Assembly: GCA_038207085.1 (NCBI GenBank)
Contig: JBBRAE010000003.1
Coordinates: forward strand, 96,001-160,000
Direction of reading: 5' to 3'
Source: Armatimonadota bacterium
Lineage (GTDB): Bacteria; Armatimonadota; UBA5829; DTLH01
DNA length: 64,000 nucleotides
Positions 61,813-64,000 of the stretch are shown here, one piece after another (the stretch's first letter is position 1; every line of letters starts with the position of its first letter). Both the position numbers and the translations under genes were made by a program. Under the pieces are notes generated by a model. It saw nothing but the letters and a program-made list of their open reading frames with translations. It had not been told where the DNA came from and did no database searches.

Positions 61813-62444
61813 TTCGTCAGAGCAGCTGAAACCTTCTCAAACACACTCTCTATGCTCCCAGTCGCGTCGATCTCAGCAAGAATACCTTTCTGCCGATAGT
61901 AATCGAGCACGGGAGACGTCTGCTTCTGATAGACACACAGCCGGTTTTGCACAGCCTCAGCAGTGTCGTCAGCCCGTTGCACGATCTGTCCGCCGCAAGC
62001 GTCACAGCCGGAGGCGTCACCCATAGTCGACACCATGAACGGCTTCCCACAGCCGCTGCACACCCGCCGCCCAGAGAGTCGCTGTATGAGGTCCTTATCG
62101 GGAACACTCAGGCTTACAACCGCTTCAAGCGGCTTGTCAATCTCCGCGAGCATCGCGTCAAGCGCCTCGGCCTGAGCAACGGTCCTCGGAAAGCCGTCGA
62201 ACATAGACCCGGCGTCTCCAAGATTCCCAAGCTTCTGCTTTGCAATCTCAATAACAACCGAGTCAGGTACAAGCTCGCCCTTCGTCATATAACCCTGGGC
62301 GAGTTTTCCCACCTCCGTACCTTTTGCAACAGCCTCTCGAAGGATATCCCCCGTCGACACATGCGCCGGTCCAAACTTCTTACTCAGCAGTCCCGCCTGG
62401 GTGCCTTTTCCGGCCCCAGGCGGTCCAAATAGTACGATCCGCAT
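61809..62444 (-). CDS. adk: Adenylate kinase (Zn-lid type)
   Basis: GPPGAGKGTQ, STGDILR, DGFPRT, CSGC...CDAC, RADD; start uncertain (62444, 62453 or 62492). Confidence 0.96.
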   Translation of the reverse strand: MRIVLFGPPGAGKGTQAGLLSKKFGPAHVSTGDILREAVAKGTEVGKLAQGYMTKGELVPDSVVIEIAKQKLGNLGDAGSMFDGFPRTVAQAEALDAMLAEIDKPLEAVVSLSVPDKDLIQRLSGRRVCSGCGKPFMVSTMGDASGCDACGGQIVQRADDTAEAVQNRLCVYQKQTSPVLDYYRQKGILAEIDATGSIESVFEKVSAALTK

Positions 62445-62495
62445 ACGACTCATATCCAAGGTGGAGAGTATTGAACTCTCCACCGGCTCCATTTC

Positions 62496-63779
62496 TTACT
62501 TGATAAAGCCTTCGTAGTGTCTCATCAAAAGCTGAGACTCGATGGCCTGCATTGTCTCAAGAGCTACACCAACCACGATCAGAAGCGATGTGCCTCCAAG
62601 CAGGCTGAATGAGTTCCCAACCCCAACCCATGTCGGCAGATAGTACTGCGCGAGGGCGATGGTCGCAAGGAAAAGCGCTCCAGCAAGGGTGATCCTGGTC
62701 ATAACCTTGTCCAGGTACTCCATTGTCGGTTTCCCCGGCCTGATGCCTGGGATAAAGCTTCCCCACTTCTTCAGGTTTTCAGCAACCTCCGGCACGTTGA
62801 ACGACACCGCAGTATAGAAATACGTGAAGAAGATTACCAACAGCGCATACATAATCGTCCCGACGATATGCCCACTGGGCCCAGGAGTAAATATCCTGGT
62901 CACATTCTGAAGCGTCTCGCCGATACCGGTCTTTGGAAGGAATCCCGCGATCGTTGCAGGGAAATACTGCAGAGAGATCGCAAAGATGATCGGAATAACT
63001 CCAGCGGAGTTAATCTTGAGCGGCAGATACGACTGCTGCCCGCCGTAGACCTTGTTTCCTACTACGCGCTTGACGTGCTGGATCGGAATCTTTCTCTGCG
63101 CCTGAGTCACAGCGACGATTGCCATAACGGTAGCGACAAAGGAGATCACCAAAAGAACAACGTTCCACCAGTGGATCGTCCCGGCCTCGAGCCTCGCCCC
63201 GACACCAACAAACTGTGAAGGCAGACTCGCTACGATTCCCGCAAAGATAATGATCGACACGCCGTTTCCGATGCCCTTGTCGGTGATCTGCTCACCAAGC
63301 CACATCAGAAAAGCTGTTCCCGCGGTCAGAGTGATCACGACCTGCAGGCGGGCAAAAAAGCCCGGGAACTCGACTCCCATCCCACTAAGCCATGCGGTCA
63401 TACCCCAGGCCTGAAGGAAAGCAAGTCCACCGGTCATCCACCGGGTCCATAGTCTGATCTTCTTCTGTCCGGGCTCACCCTCTTTAGCAAGCTGTTCAAG
63501 CTGTGGAAGCGCCATAGTCAGAAGCTGCATAATGATCGATGCGTTGATGTAGGGAGTGATTCCCATCGCAAAGATCGTGAACTTCTTAAACGCACCACCC
63601 GTGAACGCATTAAAAAGGTCAAGCAGGCCGCCGGCCCCCTTGAGCTTCTCCATCGCCTCGGCGCTTACAGCCAGCGGAATATGCAATCCGATGACGTAAA
63701 CAGCGAACATCGCGAAAACGAACAGTATTCGCTTTTTGAGGTCCGGTACCCGGAACGCCGCAAGAACTGATGTTAACAT
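62496..63779 (-). CDS. secY: Preprotein translocase subunit SecY
   Basis: MGITPYINASII, GIGNGVS, GVIPIIFA, FIPGIRPG, GGTSLLIVVGV. Confidence 0.98.
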   Translation of the reverse strand: MLTSVLAAFRVPDLKKRILFVFAMFAVYVIGLHIPLAVSAEAMEKLKGAGGLLDLFNAFTGGAFKKFTIFAMGITPYINASIIMQLLTMALPQLEQLAKEGEPGQKKIRLWTRWMTGGLAFLQAWGMTAWLSGMGVEFPGFFARLQVVITLTAGTAFLMWLGEQITDKGIGNGVSIIIFAGIVASLPSQFVGVGARLEAGTIHWWNVVLLVISFVATVMAIVAVTQAQRKIPIQHVKRVVGNKVYGGQQSYLPLKINSAGVIPIIFAISLQYFPATIAGFLPKTGIGETLQNVTRIFTPGPSGHIVGTIMYALLVIFFTYFYTAVSFNVPEVAENLKKWGSFIPGIRPGKPTMEYLDKVMTRITLAGALFLATIALAQYYLPTWVGVGNSFSLLGGTSLLIVVGVALETMQAIESQLLMRHYEGFIK

Positions 63780-64000
63780 TAAAGTAACTCCGTGCTCCCG
63801 CCTGCCGCTTTAATCTTCTCCTCTGCGGCCTTGCTGAACTTGTGCGCCTTGACCGTAAGATTCTTAGTCAATTCGCCTTCCGCAAGCACCTTAAGCCCAC
63901 TTTCGAGCTTCTTTATTATGCCAAACTCAATAAGCATATCTGGATCGACAACCGTGCCAGCATCAAACTGCTCAAGCGTTTCCAGGTTGACGAGTGCGAA
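63779..64000 (-). CDS. rplO: 50S ribosomal protein L15, 3' part
   Basis: Hand translation: FALVNLETLEQFDAGTVVDP...LKVLAEGELTKNLTVKAHKFSKAAEEKIKAAGGSTELL*. Confidence 0.95.
   Translation of the reverse strand, partial: FALVNLETLEQFDAGTVVDPDMLIEFGIIKKLESGLKVLAEGELTKNLTVKAHKFSKAAEEKIKAAGGSTELL

Overview
64 kb of a moderately GC-rich bacterial chromosome from an apparently diderm anaerobe. The protein styles suggest Armatimonadota, but that is inference. Left to right it holds: the 5' part of a non-canonical cytochrome bd subunit I-like gene; a 12-kb four-gene envelope cluster (Ig-domain LptD-like beta-barrel, two CsgG/FlgT-fold proteins sharing a basic-then-hydrophobic segment, and a 2330-aa repeat protein with a subtilase inserted inside one repeat); coaE-rpsA-polA-sppA; tRNA-Leu(CAA); argJ-argC; a dcw cluster (mraZ to murC plus a PAP2 phosphatase); a PAS/GAF Ser-kinase-like sensor; rex-hydCBA (electron-bifurcating-type [FeFe]-hydrogenase), then hydS and a PP2C, with a second PAS-PP2C convergent; a cupin; an NlpC/P60 protein; a GNAT/PIG-L chimeric pseudogene; a DegT-Gfo/Idh/MocA pair; and the end of the spc/alpha ribosomal cluster. 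Intergenic DNA is rich in small structured repeats (REP-like pairs with compensatory changes, a two-copy MITE-like element, heptamer tracts). No CRISPR array, transposase, integrase or rRNA was seen. The best candidate for an undescribed system is the 507-12356 envelope cluster. All family assignments come from motif recognition by eye, not database searches.
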